Part shown: positions 1 through 13,300 of the stretch, one piece after another
How the letters are laid out: each line of letters opens with the position of its first letter
Position numbering within the stretch: position 1 is the first letter of the stretch
Assembly: GCA_013265495.1 (NCBI GenBank)
Contig: MU058423.1
Coordinates: 13,061-77,060, forward strand
From: Vicugna vicugna
Taxonomy: Eukaryota
Length of the DNA stretch: 64,000 bases
Reading direction: 5' to 3'
The notes under the pieces: generated by a model
The model's input: the letters and a program-made list of their open reading frames with translations, nothing else
Told to the model about the DNA's origin: nothing
Databases searched by the model: none
Program-made: the position numbers and the translations under genes

Positions 1-1019
1 AGAAATGAGGATAGCGGAGGTGAGAGAAGAAGGGTCACCACTGGCCACTGAGCAGAGATCCCATGGGAAGTGCTCAGCGGGTGTTAGGGATGCGTGGCCC
101 TGACAAGTGCCATTAGCCCTTGTGGTATTTCATTGTCTTGCCTTCCCTCTAGTCTCTTTTTCTTGACCTTGGCTTCCCACACTCTCGGCCAGGACTCAGC
201 CCCACCGGCTAGTCACTCTCTCTCCTGCACACTTACCCCAGAGGCCTGAGTCTGAATCCAGGCATCACGACAGATTTTGCTGCAAACGCTAGTTTTAATG
301 CCCTTTATTCTCATAATCCCCCGGATCTAATCGTTCATGTTACCACCAGAGCTTCCCTCTCTTATTCTTCTTATCTCTGTTTTTCCTTTGTCAATTTCAA
401 CTCATCGGAGGCTGTTAGAATGATCCATTCAATATCTCAACGCCATCATCCATTGCTTCCCTTGTACACACACACACTTGTGAGTGTTGTATTTTTATCA
501 CAGCTTCCATGTCTTATTTAGCTTGGGTATGATAAACATTATCTATAGTGTATGTACAAATATATGGGAAGCATATACTGATACACATATGTAAAAATTT
601 CCAGTTTGAGACTTCCCCAGTTCTTTCTTTCCTGAGGTTTTCTTTCAACATTGACTTTTCTTACGTTCTGCAGTCCCTTCTGTCCCAATAGTACAGCCTC
701 TGACTGCCCTGATTGCCTTGCCTTGTCTTTTCTACCTAGGAACTTTGTGTTTTCGTCAATTCTATTTTCCTTAAAGTTTTTTTGCAATGTGAACATGTTT
801 GCCTCCTGGCAGTCTTACCAGCACTGCACAGTTTGGGGATGGTCAACAAAACAGAAGAATACTGAGGTGTCTCCACTGGCTTCACCAGTCAGGGACGTTC
901 AGATGGCCTCTCTTGTTCCTGGGCACTTTCCTTACTTGATGTTCCTCTTGGCTGGAGGAGTAAGTCATTGTCTGATCATGAATAACAATGCATCCTGTTT
1001 TCTGTGGTTTTATCTTCAG

Positions 1020-1216
1020 AGCTGGGTTTCGATGCTTCCATCGGAATGAAGAGCCCCCCCAAGGTGGAGGGTGAGGGCTCAGCTGCCAGCCAGCATGAGT
1101 GTCAAGTCTCTAGCAACAGTAATGCCTCCAGTGTCCTGAAACAGAAGGTTCTGCGAAGAAAACTGCTGCGCAGCAAGTGGAGAATAGCATGCAGGTTCCC
1201 TGGCCTTCAAGCGTAG
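1020..1216 (+). CDS. Putative last coding exon of an unidentified + strand gene (xLGFDASIGMKSPPKVEG...KQKVLRRKLLRSKWRIACRFPGLQA*)
   Basis: Polypyrimidine acceptor ctgttttctgtggttttatcttcAG at 1018-1019; open phase-1 frame to TAG 1214-1216; non-repetitive sequence; AATAAA at 1725-1730 would give a ~0.5-kb 3'UTR. Protein not recognised. Confidence 0.55.
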
Positions 1217-1724
1217 GGGACAGAGGTAATCACAGCTAGGCCCTTCCATGCATGTCTTCCCTGTTCCTCCTCATCTAAGATTATACCTCAAACTCCACTA
1301 GTTTGTCCTCTTTGTTGTTCATTCACTTAACAGTTGATCCTCCCTCTGTCTGCTCTTTCCTCTGTTTTCCATGGGAGTTGCCACCCTGCCAGGCCCTTCC
1401 ATCCCCATTTGCTGTTTCTACTGTGAACTCTGCTGTGTTCCTGCCACTGCTGCCCTGGTATTCCTTCTCACCTCTACTCCTAGCTACAGGGAAGCCTGGC
1501 CCCGAGGTCCCCCTCATCAGAAGAGCATCATTTAGGCCCCTCAACACGGAGTACTTTGCCTGAAATCACACACTGTCTTGGTTTCATTGCCTTTCTTTCC
1601 CTGCCCTCCCTCCCTCCACTCCACTGCCTCTTCCAGAATCATTGTCTTAATGTTTCACATGCACATGGGTTGGCTTCTGCATAACACACCTAGGACAACA
1701 CTGAGTCCTTGATATCTCCACGTG

Positions 1725-1730
1725 AATAAA
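1725..1730 (+). terminator. Candidate polyadenylation signal for the + strand gene
   Basis: AATAAA ~510 nt downstream of the putative stop codon. Confidence 0.4.
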
Positions 1731-3452
1731 AGGTGATATAACTGAGGAATGAGAACCCTGATTACAAAACTAAATAAGAACCTCGGGTATAGGCGGGAAT
1801 GCTGCACTGGCCTGGAGTCGAGTTTCTCACCAGCCTCCGGTGGTCAGCTCTGTGGTAATGTCCATGGGGCTCCCAGGGCCTCATTGGAGCTGGTGGAGGA
1901 CAACATATGGCACCCTAAAGTGACATTGGCCAAAAGCTGAAGCATAGACCAAGTGATTACAGATCGCAAAAAGCATGACGTGCCGGGGTTTCAGACCTCT
2001 CTTCCTTTTACTCACATGACTCCTTCTACATGTTCAGAAAAGTCCAGAAAAAAATGACGTAAGTTGGAATCTTAGACAAAGGGACCTAGGAGAGCATCAT
2101 AGTGAATTAACTTGGGGCAGATTTATGAAGACTCAGATACACAGGATGTAAGAAGATCATTGCCTCAGGCAAGGCCACTTGAGAAGGCAAGTGATTTACT
2201 CTAGACTGTCCGAAGGAAGGTGAGAAAATGTTTATGGCCAGTGGGAAAGGAGTTCATGGTGGAAGTAATGAAGCGACAGAAAAAGAATGGTGTGAGGCAG
2301 TGCAGGTCTAGTGGGTAGCTCTAAATCCTGCCATCATGAATAACCTGGGTGAGCTTGGATCTATCTAACATGAATGGCTTGACCCAACCCCTTGATACTG
2401 TGATTCTGAAGTTCTGGGGTGAGGTTTCGGCATCAGTATTTTTCAAAGCTCTGCTGACATGCATGTAGGGATTGGAAGGACTGTGGATTTGGTAGGATAT
2501 CAGGAAGCAGGATAAGAGTGTCCCAGGGATCCTTGCTCCAGACAGCAGTCTGTTTCTGAATGTGTATGAGAGATGCTCAGCCCATCCCTCCCTGGGATAT
2601 GTGAGAAAGGCATCACTTTGGTCCAGATGAAGAGGAATCAAAAGTCAGTTGGCTGCTGAGGAACCAGTCGGGGGATCTGGCTAAGACTCTGCAGCAGCTT
2701 TGAGCTGACGTATCCCCAAGTACAGGTGGGGTGAGGACAGGGGTCCCTAGTATCTGCACCACAGTCTGCACGTTCGTTTCAGGAGTTATTTCTTCTAACT
2801 CGTGGATCTCCCTTTTCCCTTCAGCACCAGCCTCGGGCTCCCCCTTCAGCCCCTCCTCTCAAGAGGATCCCAGCCTGCTCCTGACTCTTGTCACCATGTG
2901 GTCATCCCTCCTGGCTCAGCCATCAGCAGAACCCAACGAAGACCCACATTTGATCCCTCTGTCTCTCTCTCTCTGTCCCTCCTATCTCTCCTATGTCTCT
3001 CTTTCACAGCTACGCATTATTTTCGGTACTCTGAAAAGATTTTGCCAATTTGGAAGAAACCACATCGTCATATTTACATTTCCCACTAGATGTAAAATAT
3101 CTACAGCAGAAAATCTGGTTAAAGTCCAAACTGAACACTGCAGGGATCCTTTTCTGAGAATCAGCATCACAACCACCAGCCACAATCCAGGATTTTTACT
3201 CCAAAACAGTGATTTGATGGGAGAAATCCCAGGCATCAGTCCCCCAATGTGACCCAGTGCTAAGGAGACCAGTGCTTAGATGGATACACAGCTGTGAGAG
3301 ACCTTAACACTTGCTCCTCTGAATTGCCATCCTGTTCACACTGGCATCTGGAGCAGCTGGAAGAAGGCAACATGTCAGCCTGGACATTCTTTGCCACCAG
3401 ATGAGCTGTGCTCAGTGCAGGTGGCATTAACCATGCAGTGTCCGTGCTGAAA

Positions 3453-3790
3453 AGGTTTCGCTTGAGTTTCGTCATGAGGTAGTTATCAGACAACTGCAGA
3501 ATCTAGACCATTGAACAGGACAACCGGCCTGTCTTTTTCAAACAGGCAATGCCTCCACAAATTAGATGACAGAAAGGAGAAGAGATGTTTTGGGTTCCAA
3601 AGAACTAAAGAGATTGTGCTACTATATTTCTTTAGTCCTTTTGAACCCAAACCCTCTCCTCACCTTTCTGTGGCTGTCTTTAATGGTGGTGACGTTGACT
3701 TGTGTGCAGAGGGCAGGTCAGTTGTCTGGCTCAAAGGTCTACATTCTGCAGTTGTCTGACCCCTTCCTCATCATGAAACTCAGGCCAACC
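3453..3790. repeat. Long imperfect inverted repeat (fold-back), arms resembling an old L1MC-type 3' segment
   Basis: TCAGACAACTGCAGAAT (3486-3502) is the exact reverse complement of 3743-3759; 3589-3613 pairs with 3627-3651 at 22/25; tgagtttc 3463-3470 pairs with gaaactca 3775-3782; loop ~3614-3626. Confidence 0.85.
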
Positions 3791-4401
3791 CTTCTGCCAA
3801 TGATGCCACTTACTGAACGCTGTGTGCTTCCTGGCAGAGCCCCTCAGGGGACTAAGCATGTCCACTTTGCCTGTCACCACTCTTGTCCTCTTAGCATTGA
3901 ACACTTCGTCATGGAGGCAGGAGCCAATGAGATCCGTTCATTGGAACACACGGTTCTCTGTCTAGAATCAGTGATTTGATGAGTAGTTCTCTGAGAGTGT
4001 ATAAATATCTTATCCTATGATTGTCATTCTCTAAAAATGTTACCATCCGTGATCGATCCCCGATGTGTGTCAATTACCATATTTGTGTTTGTGAAGCAGA
4101 AATTTTCCAGTTCAGTCATTCTGTTCATTTGTACTGCTGGTGTTGTGCTGTGGAAAAGACAATCCCTACCCCTTCCATTTAATTAAAAGTTCTTTTGAGT
4201 TTTACTGTGATGTTGTGTATTTTTTAAATTCAGTGTTATAATCTATTATTATCCTGACTGATGTAGTAGTTATCGATATAAATTAATAGAAACATTCGTG
4301 TTTCTCCTCTTCATTTTTATATCTTAAACTCTCCCTCATCTTTTAAGCTATATTTACCATTTGTAGTAGATTTCATTTAATGTGTTTTTCTCTCTGTTAT
4401 T

Positions 4402-4431
4402 GTGTGTGTGTGTGTGTATGTGTGTGTGTGT
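4402..4431. repeat. (TG)n microsatellite
   Basis: Near-perfect TG run read directly. Confidence 0.9.
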
Positions 4432-7400
4432 TTTGTTTCGTATGTAGGAAGGACTGAATAGTTGGGGTTTAGCACTACACTAAAATATTTGTCATCTTAG
4501 TCCCTTAGTATGTTGTCACATAAGTTTAATTTGAAGTATAAATTTTGAATGATATCTCTCAACTTCAACTTTTTACCACTGTCACCATCAAGGACATTAT
4601 TCTAGTTTTCTCTTTCCTTCTGTCTTTACCTGCCACTTCTGATAGTATCCTAGTAGTATTTCAACCTAGTCAAATGTATACCCTTTACGTACTATTTTTT
4701 CCCACCTTGTCCCGAACCCCCTCCCCATTTTGTTTTAACTTCAGAAAAAAGTAGGGTAGGGACAAGAGCTGGAGGAGGCGCCCATGGGGCCCTTTAGGGA
4801 CCCCTAGCTGCACAGGAGGGCTGCCCCACCCCAGGAATGTCAGCGGCCTCCTTACAGAGGTCCCAGGGCCCATCCAACATGCCCCGAAAGCAGGGCCCAT
4901 GACACACTGGCTTAAATCTATAATTACATATATTCTGTGGTGACCAGGTCTTCAAAACTCAGATTTTCCTTGGTGACTTCTTGACATGTAGAGTTCATCC
5001 TTCAAGATTACTAATGGTGGAAATGAGGACTCCTCAACTTTGGCATATTTAGTTTTCATTTTCTCTTGCTTTGATACATGCACAGCTTGGCTGAATGTGA
5101 AGGACATGCCCGATGCCCACAATGACTTTTATTGACTTCTTAAAAAGCATTGTCCTCCTCGGTATGTTGTGTTGAGATGTGGAATATAAATTGGCTTTCT
5201 CTTCCACTCGGAGCAAAGGGAGGTCTGGAGCTTCACAGGAATTTTTTTCTTTAAAAAAAAAATCTTTCAGCTCTAATAGGATGGGTCTTAGAGTTGAGCA
5301 TTCTAGTTCTATTCCTCCCAGATTATCTATGACTTTCTCTCTGACCCTTTCTTGTTATCTTTTGTCCATTTCCTTTCTGTTCAATGCTTTCATTTTTCAA
5401 TTCAGTGTGCCCTATGATTGTAGACAAATAAGTTCCTGTATACATTTTCATTTAGCCTATTTTTAGGGATAATAGTAATATCCATTCCATACAGTTGTCA
5501 ACTTTAAAAGGTTTCCTGCTTTTGAAGTGCCTAGAATACTGCTTGGCATATACTGTGTACTCAATAAATGTTGCCTTATTTTTATTGTTGTTTTACATTA
5601 TTGTTGGTAAATTGGTCTCTGAGCTGAAGAGTTGAGGGTTGGAAATGGAGACCACAGAACCTAAATGCAGTCAGCAGAAGGATCTCTCACGTTATCACTG
5701 GATGATCCTGACTGAGTCTACCTGCGCTTCTTCACTGCTGAGTATCTGTTCCCCCACAGGAGGTGTGATGTAACACTCCTAGGTTCTCCCTACTTCACAG
5801 GACAGTTGAAAGACCACAGAGTGGTCAGTAAAGTAAGATGCACTCTTTTGAGTAGGTACTTTACAAATAGGATTCATCATCATTAAATAACTGCCTTAAA
5901 ACCATCATACATGAGTAAGCCTTGAGGGAAAGTCATGAAGTGTTATTTTGATTCCTCAGTAATGAGTCCAAACTGGGCTGCGACAATGCCATTATCTCCA
6001 AATTCTACTCTATAGTCATTATAATTTCCTTTTTAAGCCATTTATATACAACCGACAGAAAAGGAATAAGATTTTCCCATAAAGTTACTCAGAACATAGG
6101 AGTCATATTTGACTAATTTCTGAAAGGGGATTCAAAACACTCAAGTTTGCAGCACGAACAAGTTTGCAGTGCCAAGCGCCCGGCCATGTTCCCCTCAGCT
6201 CCAGGCTCTTGTGTGGTGTCCTCTGGGCCTGTCTCACTCTCACTCCTAGGCACTCTGCCATGCGCTCGTCACCAGACTCTACGTGTTCAGTCATGAACCA
6301 ACTACTGCTGATAAAATATGATGATGCTACCTGGCAGAATCGAAAGAAAAATGTCTCCCATCAAACTGCAATTCTACCTGCATCTATTCCCCTCTGGACC
6401 ATAAGAAAATTTTAAGATTTCATAGTCTTCCATAAGCTTCTGCCGAGAAATAAAATTCTTTAGCTAGACAGATTCTGATCTTGGAACAGAAGCAGCTAGA
6501 AAACTGCTGTCTGCGGTCAAGCCCTTTATGGTGGTATCTCTTTGTCTTTAAATTGCAACATCTCTTAGGTACCCTTCCAGCCTACTCTTAATTCAGAAAG
6601 CAATTATTTTCAGTGACTTAAAATTCTGTAACGTCAATGAATTCTCCCTGCTTATGATCTCTTTTTTCCTCAAAGAACACAAGAAGAGGACTTTCCGGGA
6701 ACATTTACAGGGACCGCAACACCGATCATCACAACTGGCTCCTCACATTGCCATCCCACTCTCTATTACTTCCTTCAGCAAGGAGAGCAAAAACGGTTTT
6801 TAAGGTAAAATAGTCCATTTCACATTTCTGGGAGAAATATAATGCTGTTTCTTTAGTCTTTGCTTCCTTGAGAGCAGAATTCAGGTTTCTTCCTATTCCT
6901 TCCTTCAAATAAATACAAAGGCACTTGCTCATTCCAGAGCCTTACTTTGACTTTGAATTTTAGTACAATAATCAATAGACTGATTTTCCTATAAGGAAAA
7001 AAAAAAGGTATGAGCTTTCTCTACTTTTCTCTTAGATCATTTAAGAATGAAACCAAGTAGTTACTGTTTGGCCTTTGATAATTTTATTGGATCAGTAACA
7101 ATTTTTTTGTGTGTCTCAACTAAAGTAGCTGAAATTCTAACACATATATAAAAAAGTACATGCTCCATTTCAGCACAGATGTTAACACAGTTTAACACAG
7201 CACAGTGCCATGAAGAGATGAACTTCCAGAAGAAAATGTACAGCTTGTTTTGGTGGGGAAATAGTCCTGGAAATAATCTAGCACCAAGTTACTCGGCCAT
7301 TTAACATGTCATTTCCTTCTTCATTTAAATTGTTATGAGTCACCTTCATTTTTCTCAACAGCCCTAGGATCAAAGTTTTACGTGTGATAAAAGTAAACCT

Positions 7401-7771
7401 GCTTTTATAATCCAACTGATATTACTTAATGGAAACAGACAGAAATTCACGATTTATAAAACATATTTGTATATATACACATGCCTCTAAAGTTTACAGA
7501 CTGAGACAGAGATTGGTATTTCAGAGCAATGATTTTGATAATTGCAAAAGGAAGCATTACATATTCGAGTTATATACTAAAAGCAAACCTACACGCATTT
7601 GCTAGACAGTTATGAGTTCTCAAAGGGAACAAGGAAGTTGATTTGGTTCATGTACTTAATTAACACCCCTATTCTTCATTAGATCAAGAATTTTCTGATA
7701 TTGCTGAACTTTCCATTTTATCCAGAAAAAAACAGTATGATAAAGACTTTTACTTCTGGAATCCGACTTCT

Positions 7772-9580
7772 TAAAAAATTTTATTGAGTTATAGTTGGTT
7801 TACAATTTCCAGTGTCAATTTCCAGTGTAGAGCACAATTTTTCAGTTACACATGAACATACATATATTCATTGTCACTTACTTTTTCACCATGAGCTACC
7901 ACAAGATCTTGTATACATTTCCCTGTGCTATACAGTATAATCTTGTTTATCTATTCTATATATACCTGTCAGTATCTACAAATTTCAAACTCCCAATCTG
8001 TCCCTTCCCACCCCTCTCCCCCCGACAACCACAAGTTTGTATTCTATGTCTGTGAGTCTGTTTCTGTTTTGTATTTATGTTCATTTGTCTTTTTATTTTC
8101 TTTCTCTTTTCTTTATTTTTCTTTTTTTTTTTTTTTGGATTCCACATATGAGCGATCTCATATGGTATTTTTCTTTCTCTTTCTGGCTTACTTCACTTAG
8201 AATGACATTCTTCAGGGACATCCATGTTGCTCCAAATGGTGTTATGTTGTCATTTTTAATGACTGAATAGTATTCCATTGTATAAATATATGACTTCTTC
8301 TTTATCCAGTCATCTGTAAATGGACATTTAGGCTGTCTCCATGTCTTGGCTATTGTAAATAGTGCTGCTATGAACACTGGGGTGCAGGTGTGTTTTAGAA
8401 GTAGGATTCCTTCTGGATATATGCCCAGGAGTGGGATTACTGGGTCATAGGGTAAGTCTATTCCTAGTCTTTTGAGGAATCCCCATACTGTTTTCCACAG
8501 TGGCTGCACCAAACTGCATTCCCACTAGCAGTGTAGGAGGGTTCCCTTTTCTCCACAGCCTCTCCAGCATTTGTCATTTGTGGACTTTTGAATGATCGCC
8601 ATTCTGACTGGTGTGAGGTGATACCTCATTGTAGTTTTGATTTGCATTTCTCTGATAATGAGCTATATTGAGCATTTTTTCATATGCCTATTGATCATTT
8701 GTATTTCTTCCTTGGAGAATTGCTTGTTTAGGTCTTCTGCCCATTTTTGGATTGGGTTGTTTGTTTTTTTCTTACTAAGTCGTGTGAGCTGCTTATATAT
8801 TCTGGAGATCAAGCCTTTGTCAGTTTCAACTTTTTCAAAAATTTTCTCCCATTCCATAGGTTGTCGTTTTGTTTTGTTTATGGTTTCCTTTGCTGTGCAG
8901 AAGCTTGTAAGTTTAATTAGGTCCCATTTGTTTATTCTTGCTTTTATTTCTATTGCTTGGGTAGACTGTCTGAGGAGAATATTTTTGAGATGTATGTCAG
9001 GTAATGTTTTGCCTATGTTTTCTTCTAGGAGGTTTATTGTATCTTGTCTTATATTTAAGCCTTTGATCCATTTTGAGTTGATTTTTGTGTATGGTGTAAG
9101 GGAGTGTTCTAGCTTCATTGATTTACATGCTGCTGTCCAGTTTTCCCAACACCATTTGCTGAGGAGACTGTCTTTATTCCATTGTATGTTCTTGCCTCCT
9201 TTGTCAAAGATTAGTTGACTGAAAGTTTGTGGGTTCATTTCTGGGCTCTCTATTCTGTTCCATTGGTCCATAAGTCTGTTTTTGTACCAATATCATGCTG
9301 TTTTGATTACTGTAGCTCTGTAGTATTGTCTGAAGTCTGGAAGGGTTATTCCTCCAGCCTCTTTCTTTTTCTTCAGTAATGCTTTGGCAATTGTAGGCTT
9401 TTGTGATTCCCATAAATTTTATTATGATTTGTTCTAGTTCTGTGAAATATGTCCTGGGTAATTTGATAGGGACTGCATTAAATCTGTAGACTGCCTTGGA
9501 CAGTATGACCATCTAAAAAATATTGATTCTTCCAATGCAGGAGCATAGGATAGCTTTCCATTTTTTTAAGTCTTCTTAAA
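7772..9580 (-). mobile_element. Young 5'-truncated LINE-1 (ORF2 C-terminal part + 3'UTR)
   Basis: Minus-strand ORFs 8663-9271 ([13 protein letters not shown]...KWDLIKL) and 8093-8512 (VQPLWKTVW...YTMEYY) are L1 ORF2; closely similar to the + strand copy at 55697-57529. Confidence 0.95.
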
Positions 9581-10254
9581 GACTCCCTTATGCATTTTTA
9601 ATAGGGTAGGTTTAGGTGATAATGAACTTCCTTAGCTTTTGTATATCTGGGAATGTCTTAATTTTCCCCCTCATTTTTGAAGGACATTTTTGCCTGATAT
9701 AGGATTCTTGGTTGACAGCTTTTCTTTTAAATTTTAGCACTTTGTACGTTCTGGCCCACTGCCTTCTCGCCTCCAAAGTTTCTGATTAGAAATCTGCTCA
9801 TAATCCTATTGAGGACCCCTCTTAAGTGATAATTTGCTTCTGTCTTGCTGCTTTCCAAGATTTTTTCTTTGTCTTTGAAAGTTTGATTATAATGTGTCCC
9901 AGTGTGGGTTTCTATGAGATTATCTTTCCTGGAGTTCATTGAGCTTCTTTTATGTTTATATTCATGTCTTTGATCAAAATTAGGAGGGTTTCAGCCACTA
10001 TTTCTTCAAATATTCTCTCTACCTTTCTCTCTCTTCTTCTGTGACTCCTACAGTGTGTATGTTGGTCGGCTTGATGTGTCCCACAGGTCTCTTTGGTTCT
10101 GTCTGCTTTTCCTCAAACTTTTTGTTGTTGTTGTTATTCTTCAGACTCCATAATGTCCATTCTTTTTTTTTAACTGACTGATTCTTTCTTCTGCCTGATC
10201 AAATTTGCCTCTGAATCCACCTAGTAAAATTTTCATTTCAGTTGTCATACTTTT
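9581..10254 (-). mobile_element. Ancient L1M fragment (ORF1/5' region), continuing after ~16120 to ~17200
   Basis: Degenerate L1 ORF1-like translation (KDKEKILESSK...); sequence resumes on the far side of the 10255-16120 insert. Confidence 0.65.
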
Positions 10255-10399
10255 TTTTAAACATCTTTATTGTGGTATGATTCCTATACAGTAAACTACA
10301 CATATTTCAGATGAACAATTTGATGAATTTTGATAGATGTATATACCAATGAAACCACAACCACAATCAAGGTAGCTAACATTTCCATCACTCCCCAAA

Positions 10400-13300
10400 A
10401 AGTGCAAATTTTGAACTCTCAATTTATCCCTTCCCTCCTCCTTTACCCTCTGGTAACCATAATTTGTTCTCTATGTCTGTGACTCTGTTTCTGTTTTGTA
10501 GATAAGTTCATTCATGTGCTTTTTTTTTTAGATTCTACATATAAGTGATATCATACAATATTTTTCTTTCTCTTTCTGGCTTCACACTTACTTCACATGA
10601 CAATCTCCAGGTCCATCCATGTTGCTGCAAATGGCATTATTTTATTATTTTTTACAGCTCAGTAGTATTCCGTTGTATATATGTACCACATCTTCTTTAT
10701 CCACTCCTCTGTCAATGGACATTTGGGTTCTTTCCATGTCTTGGCTATTGTAAATAGTGCTGCTGTGAATACTGGAGTGCATGTGTCTTCTCAAATTATA
10801 TGTTTCTCTAGATATATGCCCAGGAGTGAGATTGCTGGGCCATATGATAAGTCTACTTTTAGTTTTTTGAGGAATCTCCATACTGTCCTCCATATTTACA
10901 TTCCCAATGTACATTCCCAATGTTGGTGGGCCAACAGTATAGAAGGGTTCCTTTTCCTCCACACCTTCTCCAGAATTTATGATTTGTCAGCTTTTAAATG
11001 ATGGCCATGACTGCTGTGAGGTGATACCTCATTGTAGTTTTGATTTACATTTAGTGATGTTGAACATCTTTTCATGTTCTTGTTGGCTACCTTGATGTCT
11101 TCTTTGAAGAAATGTCTATTTAGATCTTCTGCCCATTTTTTTTTTATTGGGTTGCTTTTTTTTTATATTAAGTTGTATGAGCTGTTTGTATGTTTTGGAA
11201 ATAAGTCCCTTGTTGGTTGCATCATTTGCAAATACTTTTTCCCATTCTGTAGGTTGTCTTTTCATTTTGTTAATGGTATCCTTAACTGTGCAAAAGCTTT
11301 TAAGTTTAATTAGGTCCCATTTGCTTATTTTTGCTTTTATTTCCAATACTCTAGGAGCTGTTTCAAAAAAATATTGCTGTGATTTATGTCAGAGTGTTCT
11401 GCCTATGTTTTCCTCTAGGAGTTTTATAATATCTGGTCTTTTTTTAGGTCTTTAATCAATTTTGAGTTTAACTTTAATTCTATCCCGTTCCATTGATTTA
11501 TGTATCTGTTTCTATGCCAGTACCATACTATTTTGATTACTCCAGCTTTGTAGTATAGTCTGAAGAGAGGAAGCATGATTCCCCAAGCTCCATTTTCCTT
11601 TTTCAAGAATGTTTTGGCTATTCAGGGTCTTTTGTCTTTCCAAACAAATTTTAACATTTTTTGTCCCAGCTCTGTGAAAAATGTCATTGGTAATTTGATA
11701 GGGATTGCACTTAATCTGCATATTGCCTTGGGTAGTATGGCCATTTTAACAGTATTGACTCTTCCAGTCCAAGAACATGGTATATCTTTCCATCAGTTTA
11801 TGTCATCTTCAGTTTCTTTCATCAGTGCCTGATAGTTTTCAGAGTACAAGTCCTTTGCCTCCTTGGGTAGGTTTATTCCTAGGTATTTTATTCTTTTTGG
11901 TGCAATGGTAAATGGTATTATTTTCTTAATTTCTTTTTCTGCAATTCTGTTGTTAGTGTATAGAAATACAACTGATTGCTGTATATTAATTTTGTATCTT
12001 GCAACTTGACCAAATTCATTGATGAGATCTAGAAGGTTTCTAGTAGCTTCTTTAGGGTTTTCTATATACAGTATCATGTCATCCATGAACAGTGACAGTT
12101 TTACTTCTTCTTTTCTAGTTTGAATTCCTTTCATTTCTTTTTCTTCTCTGATAGCTATAGCTAGGACTTCCAAAACTATGTTGAATAGAAATGGCAAAAG
12201 TGGGCATCCTTCTCTTGCTCCTGATCTTAGAGGAAATGCTTTCAGCTTTTCACCATCAAGTATGATGTTAGCTGTGGGTTTGTCATATATGGCCTTTATT
12301 GTGTTGAGGTATGTTCCCTCTATGCTCGCTTTCTGGAGAGTTGTTTTTTTTTTTTTTAATCACAAATGGATGTTGAATTTTATCAAAGCTTTTTATGCAT
12401 CTATTGAGATGATCATATGTTTTTTATTCTTCAATTTGTTAATGTGGTGTATCACATTGATTGATCTGTGGAAACTGAAAAATCCTTGCATCCCTAGGAT
12501 AAATCCCACTTGATCATGGTGTATAATCATTTTAATGAATTGTTACAGTCAGTTTGCTAGTATTTTGTTGAAGATTTTTGAATCTATATTCCTAAGTGAT
12601 ACTGGCCTGTAATTTTCTTTTTTTGTGATATCTTTGTCTTGTTTTGGTATAAGAGTGATGGTGGCCTCACAGAATGAGTCTGGGAGTGTTCCTTCCTCTG
12701 CAATTGTCTGGAATAGTTTCAGAAGGAGAGGTGTTAACTCTTCTCTAAATATTTGGTAGAATTTGCCTGTGAAGCTGTCTGTCCTAGACTTTCATTTGTT
12801 GGGAGTTTTTAAATTACTGACTCAGTTTCAGTACTGGTAATTGCTTTATTTATATTTTCTATTTCTTCCTGATTCAGTCTTGGCAAATTGTACCTTTCTA
12901 AGAAATTGTTCATTTCTTCTAGGTTGTCCTTTTTGTTGGCGTATAGTTGCTCAGAGTAGCCTCTTATGATCTCTTGTATTTCTGTGGTGTTGGTTGTAGC
13001 TTCTTTTTCATTTTTAATTTTATTAATTTGGGCCCTGTCCCTTTTTTTCTTGATGAGTCTGACTAAAGGTTTATCAATTTTGTTTATCTTTTCAAAGAAC
13101 CAGCTTTTAGTTTCATTGATCTTTTCTATTTTTTGGTCTGTATTTCATTTATTTCTATTCTAATCTTTATGATTTCTTTCCTTCTACTAACTTTGGGTTT
13201 TGTTTGTTCTTCTTTCTCTAGTTGCTTTAGATGTAAGATTATTTGAGATTTTTCGTGTTTCCTGAGGTAGTCTTGTATCACTATAAACTTTCCTCTGAGA

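Noticed and set aside
2731..3252. 173-aa ORF
   Set aside because: GTG start, runs through a CT-rich tract and MER5-like remnants, no recognisable domain
3664..3745. Minus-strand exon encoding a CD55-like S/T/P stretch (ECRPLSQTTDLPS...)
   Set aside because: No polypyrimidine tract; the sequence is the right arm of the L1-derived inverted repeat
8637..9218. Hydrophobic ORFs antisense to L1 (also 56154-56624, 40208-40630 and others)
   Set aside because: Typical antisense open frames of L1 ORF2, not genes
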